IMG/VR virus record: IMGVR_UViG_3300005573_000132
Coordinates: 1 to 47,703 of that record
Length of the DNA stretch: 47,703 nt
Origin: a virus
Taxonomy: Duplodnaviria > Caudoviricetes
Direction: 5' to 3' (one strand)
The notes below the pieces were generated by a model. That model was not told the DNA's origin. It worked only from the letters and a program-made list of their open reading frames with translations, and ran no database searches. The number at the start of each line of letters is the position of its first letter. Positions within the stretch are counted from its first letter, which is position 1. Made by a program: the position numbers and the translations under genes. Positions 39,397 to 47,703 of the stretch are shown here, one piece after another.

Positions 39397-40236
39397 TTAC
39401 TTCAGGCTCTCCCAAATGGCCCGCACGTTCGCAAGGTCCGCGCTGCTGACGCCGACCTCCCCTCCGATGACCGGGCCATCGGGAAATTGCGGGGCAAAGG
39501 AACGGATCGGTCCGTCGGAGGGCTTCAATACAATCTCCGCATGCTTCTTGAGCCGCTCCAAGACGGCGGCCAGATCCACTGGGATATCCTCGATGCTGAT
39601 GACCTCCTCCACATAGAGGTCCCTTGGCGCCTTGGGGTGGTAGTACACTAGCTTGACGCAGCCCTCGGCATGGGCCGAAAGCACATTCCGGTTCATGGTC
39701 ACATTGACCTTTGTTTCTCCTCCCGGCAACTGAACCTGAACCGAGATCATCGGAGGAGTGCGTTCCTGCACCAGTAGGTTCAGCTCCTCCACCGTGAGCG
39801 AAGGATGCGCAGAGGACTTGGCACCAGATCTGTGCTTCTTGATCAGAGACTCGGCCTCCGAGCGCCTTATGACGGGAGACTCGGGCAGGCGAGAAACGGA
39901 TTCGCTTTCCTGAGCGTCATCCGGCGCCAAGATGCTCTCCTTGGCTTCAGTTTCTGCCTCCGCGGCCTGCTCGCCGGCGGGCAGGAGAATAGCTGGCTCC
40001 GGCTCTTTGCTCACGCTGACCGAGGCCGGATTCGGCGCGGGCCAGGGCGATTGTTGATCCTCCTGCTGCTGATCGGTCTGGGGAGACGGCGGAGCGGCCG
40101 CCAGGTCCCTGAGCAGTTCCACGGTCCGCTCGATCTCTTGAGCCAGAAGTTCCGCCTGCTGCGCCGGAGCAGCGCTGCGGTTCCTTTCCAGGCAGCGTGC
40201 TGCGATCTTCACAAACTGTTCTCGTGTGAGCATCAT
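39397..40236 (-). CDS. Hypothetical protein
   Basis: ATG 40236 (ATGA coupling); 279 aa with a disordered middle. Confidence 0.6.
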   Translation of the reverse strand: MMLTREQFVKIAARCLERNRSAAPAQQAELLAQEIERTVELLRDLAAAPPSPQTDQQQEDQQSPWPAPNPASVSVSKEPEPAILLPAGEQAAEAETEAKESILAPDDAQESESVSRLPESPVIRRSEAESLIKKHRSGAKSSAHPSLTVEELNLLVQERTPPMISVQVQLPGGETKVNVTMNRNVLSAHAEGCVKLVYYHPKAPRDLYVEEVISIEDIPVDLAAVLERLKKHAEIVLKPSDGPIRSFAPQFPDGPVIGGEVGVSSADLANVRAIWESLK

Positions 40237-40754
40237 CGCTGGTCCCACTCCCCGAACCCGTCCCACGGAGACCACTGATTGGCCGGGTTCAACATCATCA
40301 TGGCCTCGTGTCGGGTTACGCCGTGCTCCTTCATGGTCTGCTGGATGCGGTACTCCAGATCCGCCATGTCCGGGCTGTTCTGCGCAGGAACTCCGGCGCT
40401 TACAGGGCGACCGAACGGATACTTCTCCTGCTCGCGGCGGATGACCTGCAACATGTGCCCAGTGCGGACACATTCCTCGCCCACTCTGACAATCCTATCG
40501 GTCTGCTCGCGCCAGGTCTCCAGTCCATTGCGCAGTTCTGCGCATTCTCCGGAAAAAATGGAGGCGGCCCGCTCCAGGGTCTCTCGGTTGCGTGCCATTT
40601 CGGCCCTGAGCGCGGCCGCCTCCGCGGCTACCCCCTTCATGGCTGAGGAGTGCTCCTGAAGCCCGCGGATTGCGGAACGCAGGCCCCAGGAGAGGAGGTA
40701 AACCCCGGCGGCCACGGCGGAGACCACCAGGGCAGTTGCAGTATCTAGCGCCAT
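40233..40754 (-). CDS. Membrane-anchored coiled-coil protein
   Basis: ATG 40754: MALDTATALVVSAVAAGVYLLSWGL then coiled coil. Confidence 0.6.
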   Translation of the reverse strand: MALDTATALVVSAVAAGVYLLSWGLRSAIRGLQEHSSAMKGVAAEAAALRAEMARNRETLERAASIFSGECAELRNGLETWREQTDRIVRVGEECVRTGHMLQVIRREQEKYPFGRPVSAGVPAQNSPDMADLEYRIQQTMKEHGVTRHEAMMMLNPANQWSPWDGFGEWDQR

Positions 40755-40763
40755 CTGGACAAC

Positions 40764-40812
40764 CCCATTGTACCCGTATACGTTGACGCTGGCAATGGGT
40801 GCTGAGTAGAAT
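40764..40812. promoter_or_regulatory. Overlapping divergent sigma70-like promoters
   Basis: Minus: TTGCCA(40795-40790)-N17-TACAAT(40772-40767). Plus: TTGACG(40783-40788)-N18-TAGAAT(40807-40812). Palindrome CGTATACG at 40775-40782. Confidence 0.65.
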
Positions 40813-40822
40813 CTTAGTTGAG

Positions 40823-41050
40823 ATGCCACGACTCAGCGACGAGCAGCGGCGAGTGGTCATTTCAGCGCGAGTTAAGCCGGATGTCCGGGACGCGCTGAAG
40901 AACGCCGGCTACGGAAACATCAGCCGAGCAGTGGAGGAGATGGCTCGAATGTACCTGAACCTGCCCGCTACGTCCGAATCTCGGACGTCTGGGAGCGGTA
41001 CAGCGACCGAGCCAGCTGAATTTCCCGCTGAAGCTCCTCCATCTGCATGA
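40823..41050 (+). CDS. Ribbon-helix-helix-like DNA-binding protein
   Basis: MPRLSDEQRRVVISARVKPDVRDALKNAGYGNISRAVEEMARMYL fits strand-helix-turn-helix; has its own promoter; only plus-strand phage gene I accept. Confidence 0.6.
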   Translation: MPRLSDEQRRVVISARVKPDVRDALKNAGYGNISRAVEEMARMYLNLPATSESRTSGSGTATEPAEFPAEAPPSA

Positions 41051-41480
41051 TTCGCCACACCTTGCGGGCATAGCCCGGGTCGGTGGCGTAGTGCGCCGCT
41101 ATCCCCCACAGGTATCCGCGAGAATCCCTGTCGGCCTTGTAAACCTGATAGTGCGGAGCGTAGACTCCGGCCGATGAGATCAGTCGAGCGTGGTCTGAGA
41201 TGCAGGCTTGCAGGCTGGGATACTTCTCAAACGCCGCCTGAATCTTGGTCGGTGAGCCCTTGATCCACTCGGTGGTCATGGCATAGGAGGCGCCCGGATA
41301 TCTGTCCGTATCCTTGATCCCGAACAGGTTGTTGGAGTCCGGAGGCATGTACCTTCCCCATCCGGTCTCCAGGATAGCCTGAGCCGTGGTCAGTTCAGCC
41401 GGAACGTCGGTTTCGGCCTCCGATGCCACCGCCGCCAGCGCAATGCCCTTCAGAAAGTCGAGTTGCTCCTTGGTGAGCAT
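40968..41480 (-). CDS. Endolysin, GH73 glucosaminidase/FlgJ-like muramidase
   Basis: AQAILETGWG, NNLFGIK, YATDPGYARK. Confidence 0.9.
   Translation of the reverse strand: MLTKEQLDFLKGIALAAVASEAETDVPAELTTAQAILETGWGRYMPPDSNNLFGIKDTDRYPGASYAMTTEWIKGSPTKIQAAFEKYPSLQACISDHARLISSAGVYAPHYQVYKADRDSRGYLWGIAAHYATDPGYARKVWRIMQMEELQREIQLARSLYRSQTSEIRT
40970..40988. repeat. Palindrome copy 4: ACGTCCGA-ATC-TCGGACGT
   Basis: At the endolysin stop codon and inside the RHH gene; identical to copy 1. Confidence 0.9.
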
Positions 41481-41974
41481 CAGTCCCTCAGCCCGATCAT
41501 CAGCCCGACTGCATGCTGAACCTCGCTCAGGCTGCTCTTAGTGACCCGGTAGTACGGCCCGATGGTCACGCCTTTGCGGATAGCTGTCTGGCCGATGATC
41601 CCTCCGGAAACAGAGTAGCCGGTGTTGGTGCCACCGCCGGAACCGGAGGCAGCCAGACCGGCGGTGCCCAGGGCGAAGAAGTCCATCTTCCGGAATCGCG
41701 TCACCCACTGCGCGATCCCGGTTTCGGTGGTGGTCATCACCCGAAAGGGCTTCTTCTGCACCGACAGAAAGTTGACTGCGGTGTAGGAGTAGGTGGGCTT
41801 CTCGTTGCCTGCCACCTTCTTGGCGTAGGCCAGCACTCCGTTCACCTGCGGACTGGCGTACTGATTGAACTGCACTCCGGCGCCAAACCACTGGCCGGGA
41901 GGCTCAGCCCGCAGCGAACTTGGCAGAACCAACAGAACCAGAGAAACTGCCGCCAAAAATCTGAGAACAATCAT
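41480..41974 (-). CDS. Exported beta-barrel-like protein
   Basis: Signal peptide MIVLRFLAAVSLVLLVLPSSLRA|E; alternating strands WFGAGVQFN, FFALGTAGL, YSVSGGIIG, VTIGPYYRV, HAVGLMIGL. Confidence 0.55.
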   Translation of the reverse strand: MIVLRFLAAVSLVLLVLPSSLRAEPPGQWFGAGVQFNQYASPQVNGVLAYAKKVAGNEKPTYSYTAVNFLSVQKKPFRVMTTTETGIAQWVTRFRKMDFFALGTAGLAASGSGGGTNTGYSVSGGIIGQTAIRKGVTIGPYYRVTKSSLSEVQHAVGLMIGLRD

Positions 41975-41991
41975 TCTATTGCCACCCCCCA

Positions 41992-42168
41992 TCAAGGCTT
42001 GTCGTCCGGCGGCTTTACCCGGATCACCAGATACCAATCGGTCGAGCCAAAACGCCCGGCCACGGTGATCTCTGACGTTAATTGCCGGAGCAGGTCCGGC
42101 AACAGCTTTGTGCGAACCTGCTCCACCAGGTTATCGGCCAACTTCTTCTCATCAAACAGGAGGCCCAT
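41992..42168 (-). CDS. Hypothetical protein
   Basis: ATG 42168; first gene of the lysis region. Confidence 0.5.
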   Translation of the reverse strand: MGLLFDEKKLADNLVEQVRTKLLPDLLRQLTSEITVAGRFGSTDWYLVIRVKPPDDKP

Positions 42169-42182
42169 GTTGGCTCGATTCA

Positions 42183-42211
42183 ATGCTACTACACTGCCGG
42201 CGATCGGACAA
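42183..42211 (-). promoter_or_regulatory. Putative promoter of the lysis region
   Basis: TTGTCC-N17-TAGCAT in the intergenic gap. Confidence 0.4.
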
Positions 42212-42213
42212 CC

Positions 42214-42447
42214 CTACTGTTCCTCTTCGGAGCAGTTCTGGTAGCGCTCGATGACCTGCTCGATCCGGATCGCCATCAGAGTTGCCGCGAGCAGGACATC
42301 GCTGATCTTGTTCCGGGCGCCAGCGTTCTCAATGATCTGCCGGTCGTACTCGTTGAATTCGGCGGTGGCCAGCTCATGAGCGGGGATCTCCAGGTGAAGC
42401 GTCCAGATGCTGGCGGTTTCCGGATCAATTTCCGTCTTGATTGTCAT
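42214..42447 (-). CDS. Hypothetical protein
   Basis: AAGGAG RBS; in a run of small coupled ORFs. Confidence 0.55.
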   Translation of the reverse strand: MTIKTEIDPETASIWTLHLEIPAHELATAEFNEYDRQIIENAGARNKISDVLLAATLMAIRIEQVIERYQNCSEEEQ

Positions 42448-42709
42448 CTTGTTGCTTTCTCCTTGGCCTTATGACCAACGGCGGCTTGGGTCTTCCCCCT
42501 GCCGCCGGGATGACGTACTGAACTCCGTCGGCTTGCAGGATCTCGTTGGCGGCATCCCGGATGGCGCAGGCCAGCCGGGCGGCAGTCTCCGCCTGGAGAC
42601 GAACGGCCGTCGGCTTCTCGCTCGACCCCGCCAAGCCGATCTCCAGGACAACCAGCCCGCTTTCTCGTTCGATTTTTACGCTGACAAAGCCCTCACCTCT
42701 TTCTTCCAT
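42425..42709 (-). CDS. Hypothetical protein
   Basis: Small ORF overlapping both neighbours on the same strand. Confidence 0.5.
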   Translation of the reverse strand: MEERGEGFVSVKIERESGLVVLEIGLAGSSEKPTAVRLQAETAARLACAIRDAANEILQADGVQYVIPAAGGRPKPPLVIRPRRKQQDDNQDGN

Positions 42710-42932
42710 TCCGCTTCCTGGCCCTCTTGCGCTGGTCTAGAATCTTCTGCCACTCATCCCGGCAGCGGCCAGGATGAACTCGCGCATTCCATGGCCCCTT
42801 GCCGGGCTGCCCACAGATGCGGCAGATGTACTCGTGGTCCGCCTCCGGGAAGCGGCCGATGCGACGCGACGCAGTTGACCTCATTGTTTCAGGCCAGCTC
42901 GTCCCCAATTCCAAGGAGCGCTCTCGGCCCAC
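42693..42932 (-). CDS. Small Cys/His zinc-finger-like protein
   Basis: YICRICG...HPGRC, basic tail. Confidence 0.5.
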   Translation of the reverse strand: MGRERSLELGTSWPETMRSTASRRIGRFPEADHEYICRICGQPGKGPWNARVHPGRCRDEWQKILDQRKRARKRNGRKR

Positions 42933-43114
42933 TACAATCCTCCTTCGAGCTTGCGGTAGCGCTCCACGCGCTTCTGCATCCAGGCTACAGCCTCGGAAGC
43001 AATCTCCCCGCCCGGCTGCCCTTCGTACTTCCGCGCCAGCCTCCTGAGATAGGAGAGCACGGCCTTCCTTTCGGTTCTGGCTCCTTTGTGAAACGTCTTG
43101 CTTTTCTTCTCCAT
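42932..43114 (-). CDS. Small basic hypothetical protein
   Basis: GAGGAGGT RBS. Confidence 0.55.
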   Translation of the reverse strand: MEKKSKTFHKGARTERKAVLSYLRRLARKYEGQPGGEIASEAVAWMQKRVERYRKLEGGL

Positions 43115-43279
43115 GGCTACCTCCTCAATTGACAGTGGTATCGAACACGGCGCAGCCGTATCCGTAAAACAAAACCGGCACGATCCAGACGATCGTTAGG
43201 TGGCGGCGATCGCGGAGCGCAGCCGCATAGAACTTCCAGTAGCGCATCGGCTCCTCTTGGTCCCGTGGAGCCAGGCCAT

Positions 43280-43561
43280 TCAGCGGTTCCACAGCATCCA
43301 CCCCATGGCCACGGCAAGGATCAAGCATGAAGTCCTCCACAGCATCAGCCTGGCCCGGAGCGTCTCCAGTTCTCCGGAGAGCTCTTCCATGCGCTTGAAG
43401 ACCGACTCCGCCCAGGCCCGGTTGACGGTCACCATCTCGGACCGGCCGCCTTGGCCAGCCTGACCCGGCGCCAGGGCAATCTGTTGAAGCTCCGCATCCT
43501 CCGCCTTGACGCCGAGCCCGCGCAGGCGGATCTCATCTCCCTGTTTCCACCTGTATCTCAC
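43280..43561 (-). CDS. Hypothetical protein with a C-terminal TM segment
   Basis: Coiled coil then CLILAVAMGWMLW. Confidence 0.45.
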   Translation of the reverse strand: MRYRWKQGDEIRLRGLGVKAEDAELQQIALAPGQAGQGGRSEMVTVNRAWAESVFKRMEELSGELETLRARLMLWRTSCLILAVAMGWMLWNR

Positions 43562-44615
43562 TTAATATCTCCGCACTTTCTTCCGAGAACAGACCCAGCT
43601 CTTGCCGAATCCTTTTTCGGCTGACTGCAACCCACTTCTCGTGCAGATCAACGCCGAAATAGTCTCGCCCCAAGGTCAATGCGGCAACTCCGGTGGTGGA
43701 GACGCCGCAAAACGGGTCCAGCACCAGCCCGCCCGGCGGGCAGCCGCCGAGCACCATCTTGCGGGCCAATTCCTCCGGGAAAGGCGCCGGGTGTCCATAG
43801 GGCGTTGGCTTGACTGCGATGTCCCAGACATCCCGGCCATTGCGGAAACCGGGCGATTCCCACGGGATCGAATATCCGCGATGGCTCTGAGCCCGGTCCT
43901 CTCCGCCAATCTTGCGTTCCAGGTTGCCGCTGCGCAACCGGCTGGGCGGAAATCCGCCGCTCTTGTCGCGGTCTCGGCCGCGGACCTTGGACCAATGCTG
44001 CTGGCCTCGTCCAAGGATCTTGCACCGGTAAGGGTATTTCTCCCCAGGCTTACAGGTCAGCGGCTCCAACATGTCCTCCCACCCATAATAGTAACGTGGA
44101 CTCTTGGCGAACAGGAAGATGGTTTCGTGGCTGCGCGTCGGCCGGTCCTTGACGCTCTCAGGCAGGCAATTGACTTTATTCCAGACAATCTCCGCCCGCA
44201 AAATCCAGCCCGCTTCCTGCATCCGGAAGGCTGCGCGCCAGGGCAGGCCGACGAGGCTCTTCCCGGGCAAGGAGTCGGGATTCCTTCTGGGCACGTCGTC
44301 CATCGGCGTCCCTTTGCCTTTCTGTTTTCGGGCGTAGCTTGCGCGCCTGCCGCTGCTGTACCGGTCGCCCAGAACCAGCCAGCAGGTTCCACTGCGCTTG
44401 AGCACGCGCCGGCATTCCTCCATGATCCCCACGAGGCCGTCCAGATACTGCTCCAGACGCTCTTCCGCGCCCAACTCCCGGTCTGGGTCGCCGTAGTTCC
44501 TCAGTCCCCAGTACGGAGGGCTGGTGATGATGCAGTCCACGCAGTGGTCCTTCAGCCTCTGGAGCACTTCCCGAGCGTCGCCTTGAGTTACCCACCAGCG
44601 CCTTATTGGTTGCAT
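43533..44615 (-). CDS. DNA methyltransferase, beta class (N4-cytosine/N6-adenine)
   Basis: ITSPPY catalytic motif, HPAPFPEEL, VLDPFCGVSTT SAM-binding motif; start uncertain; no cognate nuclease seen. Confidence 0.9.
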   Translation of the reverse strand: MQPIRRWWVTQGDAREVLQRLKDHCVDCIITSPPYWGLRNYGDPDRELGAEERLEQYLDGLVGIMEECRRVLKRSGTCWLVLGDRYSSGRRASYARKQKGKGTPMDDVPRRNPDSLPGKSLVGLPWRAAFRMQEAGWILRAEIVWNKVNCLPESVKDRPTRSHETIFLFAKSPRYYYGWEDMLEPLTCKPGEKYPYRCKILGRGQQHWSKVRGRDRDKSGGFPPSRLRSGNLERKIGGEDRAQSHRGYSIPWESPGFRNGRDVWDIAVKPTPYGHPAPFPEELARKMVLGGCPPGGLVLDPFCGVSTTGVAALTLGRDYFGVDLHEKWVAVSRKRIRQELGLFSEESAEILSEIQVETGR

Positions 44616-44737
44616 GGCGGCAGCGGCAGAATCCACCTCAGGCTCAGCCGAGCAGATAGAGGACCACAACAGCAATCACGGCTGCGGCGAACCACCAACT
44701 GGCCGGCCGTCTCTTGCTCTTCCCTCATGGCTGCTCC

Positions 44738-45040
44738 TTATCTTTTGGAATCGGCCGGGCGCTTGGCTGCGCTTTGAGCCACGGGCCATGCGGCCGCAGA
44801 TTTGCTGGCGCCGTCCTCTGCCTGAATCGCTCTCAGCAGGTCGTGAAGTTCAGCCTCCATGTGCCCGGAGAGCTCCGCCAGCACCTGGCAGATCCCGGAC
44901 GTCGCAGACATGAACGACTCCACCGTCAGCACGCCTTCCGAGCGCTTGTCGCAAATCTCATTCAGCGACTCAACCAGAGTGCGAATCTGGCCGGAGAGAA
45001 TACAGCACTCCTCCGCCCTGCCCTTAACCTCTGCAATCAT
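44738..45040 (-). CDS. Hypothetical helical protein
   Basis: ATG 45040 with AAGGAG and ATGA coupling. Confidence 0.55.
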   Translation of the reverse strand: MIAEVKGRAEECCILSGQIRTLVESLNEICDKRSEGVLTVESFMSATSGICQVLAELSGHMEAELHDLLRAIQAEDGASKSAAAWPVAQSAAKRPADSKR

Positions 45041-45354
45041 TCTTTCTCCTTTTCCGGGCGCCGAACCAAGATTGGCACGGCACCCCACTCCTCGGAGTAC
45101 TCGACTCCGTGCCGAAACCCGCGGCGCAGCAGCATCTGCTCCAGCCGCTCGCTCAACACGTTGGGAAACTTGACCGTGCGATCGCGTGGCAGCGAGTCCA
45201 AGTACCGCCCGACATCCCCTGATCCAGGCCGGTCGGCAATAATCAGCGGGACATAGAGTTCCCCGTTCTGCTCGACCGTGTAGCCTCGCACTCCTGGCGC
45301 CAGGTACGGCTCCTGGCCCGGCACGATGTATGTCGATTCCTTGCTGCTGCTCAT
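45037..45354 (-). CDS. Hypothetical protein
   Basis: MSSSKESTYIVPG..., ATGA coupling at 45354. Confidence 0.55.
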   Translation of the reverse strand: MSSSKESTYIVPGQEPYLAPGVRGYTVEQNGELYVPLIIADRPGSGDVGRYLDSLPRDRTVKFPNVLSERLEQMLLRRGFRHGVEYSEEWGAVPILVRRPEKEKE

Positions 45355-45851
45355 TTGGCTTGCTGTTGCCGAGGACGAAGCCGGTCGGCGTGCATCATCC
45401 ACATGCTGCCTTCGATCTTCTTGCGGTCGTCGCCCTTGCCTACCACGTACTGCTCGTGGCAGACCACGTTGGCCACGATCACCCCCGGAATCGTCTCTCC
45501 GTCCATGTCGTACTCCACCAGGTCGCCGACATTGTAACGCTGCGGCAGGCCCTCCATCACCGCTGGCAGCTTCCGGAGCCACTCTCGGGCATCTGGATCT
45601 TCTGGCGCCAATTTCTCCAGCAAGCGTCCGGCTTCCGTGAGCGCGTGCCTGGCCTGCGGAACATCCACCAGCCTGACAGACACCATCTGTTTTCGATCTA
45701 CGTCTTGCTCTTCCATTGCTTCTCCTTTTCCCTGTCCTTCTTCGTCGGATGTTCGCTTTGCAATTCTGAACGATCCGATCATGCCTCTTCTTGCCCATGC
45801 CGCGCGCTGTTTTTTGCAGATCTCATCCGCCATGCTGTCCGGAACATCCAT
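45351..45851 (-). CDS. Hypothetical protein with an SH3-like C-terminus
   Basis: RYNVGDLVEY...IPGVIV...QYVV...ADRLRP; alternative start 45716. Confidence 0.5.
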   Translation of the reverse strand: MDVPDSMADEICKKQRAAWARRGMIGSFRIAKRTSDEEGQGKGEAMEEQDVDRKQMVSVRLVDVPQARHALTEAGRLLEKLAPEDPDAREWLRKLPAVMEGLPQRYNVGDLVEYDMDGETIPGVIVANVVCHEQYVVGKGDDRKKIEGSMWMMHADRLRPRQQQAK

Positions 45852-45855
45852 GCGG

Positions 45856-46362
45856 CTATCCTTCTTTCTTGGACCGCATGCGTCTCCACGCATCGGCTGC
45901 GTCAATCAACTGCCCCACCGCTGAAACGTCCCGCAACAGCACCGCCGCAGGCCTGGCCAGAAGCGCCAGCCGGTCTCCAGCGCACTCCACGTCTTTGGGC
46001 AAGCCTTCCTCCGTGGCCCAGAGCAGCTCCCAGCGGGCAGCGGCAATCTGCCCGCAGATCTTCCGGCCGCAGGCTCCGTAGTCCAGAGGCAGCGGCCGGA
46101 CGTCCAACGCGTTGCCAAACTCGGCCAGAACCTCATGCGCCGCGGAAGTCAGCGCCCGCGCGGCGCTCATCATCTGTTCCATCTCAATCTTCTGCTCCTG
46201 CTCCTGCTCGGCAGCCTTTGCTTCCGACTCTTTCAGTTGCTGGAGCAGCTTCTGCTCCCGGTCGCGGAGCTCCAGCATCCGCGAAGCCAACTGCGTCAAC
46301 TCGCGGCGCGTTTCCCTCAACCATTCCTGCCGAAGCCGCTTCAAATTGTCCGCTTGATCCAT
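45856..46362 (-). CDS. Coiled-coil hypothetical protein
   Basis: ATG 46362 MDQADNLKRLRQEW. Confidence 0.55.
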   Translation of the reverse strand: MDQADNLKRLRQEWLRETRRELTQLASRMLELRDREQKLLQQLKESEAKAAEQEQEQKIEMEQMMSAARALTSAAHEVLAEFGNALDVRPLPLDYGACGRKICGQIAAARWELLWATEEGLPKDVECAGDRLALLARPAAVLLRDVSAVGQLIDAADAWRRMRSKKEG

Positions 46363-46715
46363 GTCTCCCGTCTCTCCCTTCCTGCTAAGCGGCTCCCCAA
46401 AGCGCACTTCGGGCAGCCGTACACCGTCGGGTCCGCGTCCACCAGCTCGTAGCGCGGATCAAGATCTCCCCCGCTCGCTCTACGCCGCAGCCACACCCGC
46501 GGCATGGACGCCATGTACTGCGCCTCCAGCGGGGCCGGATACCTGCATCCGCACCGCGGGCACACCTTCTCCCGAGCGGCCACGCAATCCTGGGGCAATC
46601 GGCTGCACGCATGCAGCTCATCCGCTGGCAGCCATAAACCATCCGACAGCCAGTAGAGCCCGTCGGCGCCATGCTGCGCCAGCCAGTGCTCAATCATCAA
46701 AGGCAGCGTCACCAT
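46341..46715 (-). CDS. Cys-rich hypothetical protein
   Basis: WLAQHGADGLY, CPRCG, GCPKC. Confidence 0.55.
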   Translation of the reverse strand: MVTLPLMIEHWLAQHGADGLYWLSDGLWLPADELHACSRLPQDCVAAREKVCPRCGCRYPAPLEAQYMASMPRVWLRRRASGGDLDPRYELVDADPTVYGCPKCALGSRLAGRERRETWIKRTI

Positions 46716-46724
46716 TGCCGCACC

Positions 46725-47690
46725 TCATCCCTCGTCGTCCGAGCGCTCCTGGTCGGGCATCTGGTCCCACGTCCGTCCATCCAGCAGCCGCCCGGCGTTG
46801 CGCCGGCCAACCCGGTAGAACCGCATCCCTCCCATCTCCCTCAACCGACCTGATGAGCATCCCGTCGTCGCCTGGGTGGGCGTGTCGCCATCCGCGCCAA
46901 ACTGCCCTTCCGGCAGCCACTCCCCCCACTGCTTGAAAAAGAATGGCGTGCCCGCCGCCACAGCCTGATTGCAGATGGCCCGCGCCCACCACGGATGCAT
47001 CGGCCTAGCTCCCGGCCCCGTCTCCCCGCCCACAATCACCCAGTCCAACCGCTGCCGCCTGTGCTCACCCAACCACGGCCTCAAATCCATCGGCCCCAAC
47101 AACGGCTCGCAGCTCACAAACCGCAGCGCCGCCGGCGTCGCAAGCAGGTCCGGTATCCGCTCATCCGCCGTGCGCTGGTCCTCCACGCTCACCCCCAACC
47201 ACACATTGGGCAGCGGCCATGCCTCCAATGCCACAAACCCCCGCCAGCGCCCCAGCCGCCGCGCCGCATTCTCGACCCCTTGCCGCATGGCGTCTTGGTC
47301 TGCCAAAAGCATCCGCATGCGCAGCGGCCGCTTGGTCAGCACCATAAACACGTGCTGCCGCGCCAGCGCCATCACCCCAAACACCTGCTCAATCCACTGC
47401 CGCCGCACCCGCCCATAAAACAAATCCCCCATCGAATCCACAAACACCCGCCGCGGCTTGCGCCATCCGAGCGGCTCCAGCAGATTGCGCTCCACCAACT
47501 CCGCCCTGCCCGTCCACCGCGGCCCGCTCCTCGTAAATTCCGCCAATCCACTTTCAGACCAGAACCGCGCCGCCATCCGCTCCGCATAGCAGTTCCGGCA
47601 ACCCTCGCTCACCCGCCAACACCCCCGCACCGGATTCCATACCGCATCCGCCCACTCAATCTTCGTCCTGCCCATCACCACCCCTCCCAC
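46725..47690 (-). CDS. Phage Gp37/Gp68 (DUF5131) radical-SAM-like protein
   Basis: TKIEWADAVWNPVRGC...SEGCRNCYA, VFVDSMGDLF, LTKRP, NVWLGVSVEDQ, SCEPLLG, WVIVGGETG, FFFKQWG. Confidence 0.9.
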   Translation of the reverse strand: MGGVVMGRTKIEWADAVWNPVRGCWRVSEGCRNCYAERMAARFWSESGLAEFTRSGPRWTGRAELVERNLLEPLGWRKPRRVFVDSMGDLFYGRVRRQWIEQVFGVMALARQHVFMVLTKRPLRMRMLLADQDAMRQGVENAARRLGRWRGFVALEAWPLPNVWLGVSVEDQRTADERIPDLLATPAALRFVSCEPLLGPMDLRPWLGEHRRQRLDWVIVGGETGPGARPMHPWWARAICNQAVAAGTPFFFKQWGEWLPEGQFGADGDTPTQATTGCSSGRLREMGGMRFYRVGRRNAGRLLDGRTWDQMPDQERSDDEG

Positions 47691-47703
47691 GCCTCCGCTT
47701 CCC

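Noticed and set aside
40757-42214. GGACAACCC shared by two intergenic regions
   Set aside because: Only two 9-bp copies, at different positions relative to the promoters; compatible with chance
43533-44615. Restriction-modification system
   Set aside because: No recognisable endonuclease nearby; orphan MTases beside Gp37/Gp68 genes are common in phages

Overview
About 47.7 kb of a GC-rich tailed phage or prophage genome with P22/podovirus-like gene order. Almost every real gene is on the minus strand. In transcription order (right to left): a Gp37/Gp68 (DUF5131) protein, small hypotheticals and a DNA methyltransferase; a lysis region (exported beta-barrel-like protein, GH73 endolysin); a lone plus-strand RHH-type regulator at overlapping divergent promoters; terminase and portal. 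An unusual ~8.5 kb cassette then separates portal from scaffold/capsid: a Gly-X-Thr collagen, two proteins with export signals, a DNRLRE-like protein, a five-domain glycosyltransferase/methyltransferase and a bacterioferritin lacking the heme Met. After it come the capsid operon, three adaptors, a nozzle, a second collagen fibre, a beta-helix spike, duplicated fibre/adaptor genes, an intact IS605-type tnpA/tnpB element (3230-5073), a GNAT-like protein and ejection proteins running off the left edge. Main unexplained signals: (i) a probable collagen-glycosylation and iron-storage module; (ii) four perfect copies of a 19-bp palindrome ACGTCCGA-N3-TCGGACGT, three of them 18-20 nt before start codons; (iii) a CGTWWACG box recurring in AT-rich promoter regions. 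All family assignments come from motif recognition and synteny, not database searches.
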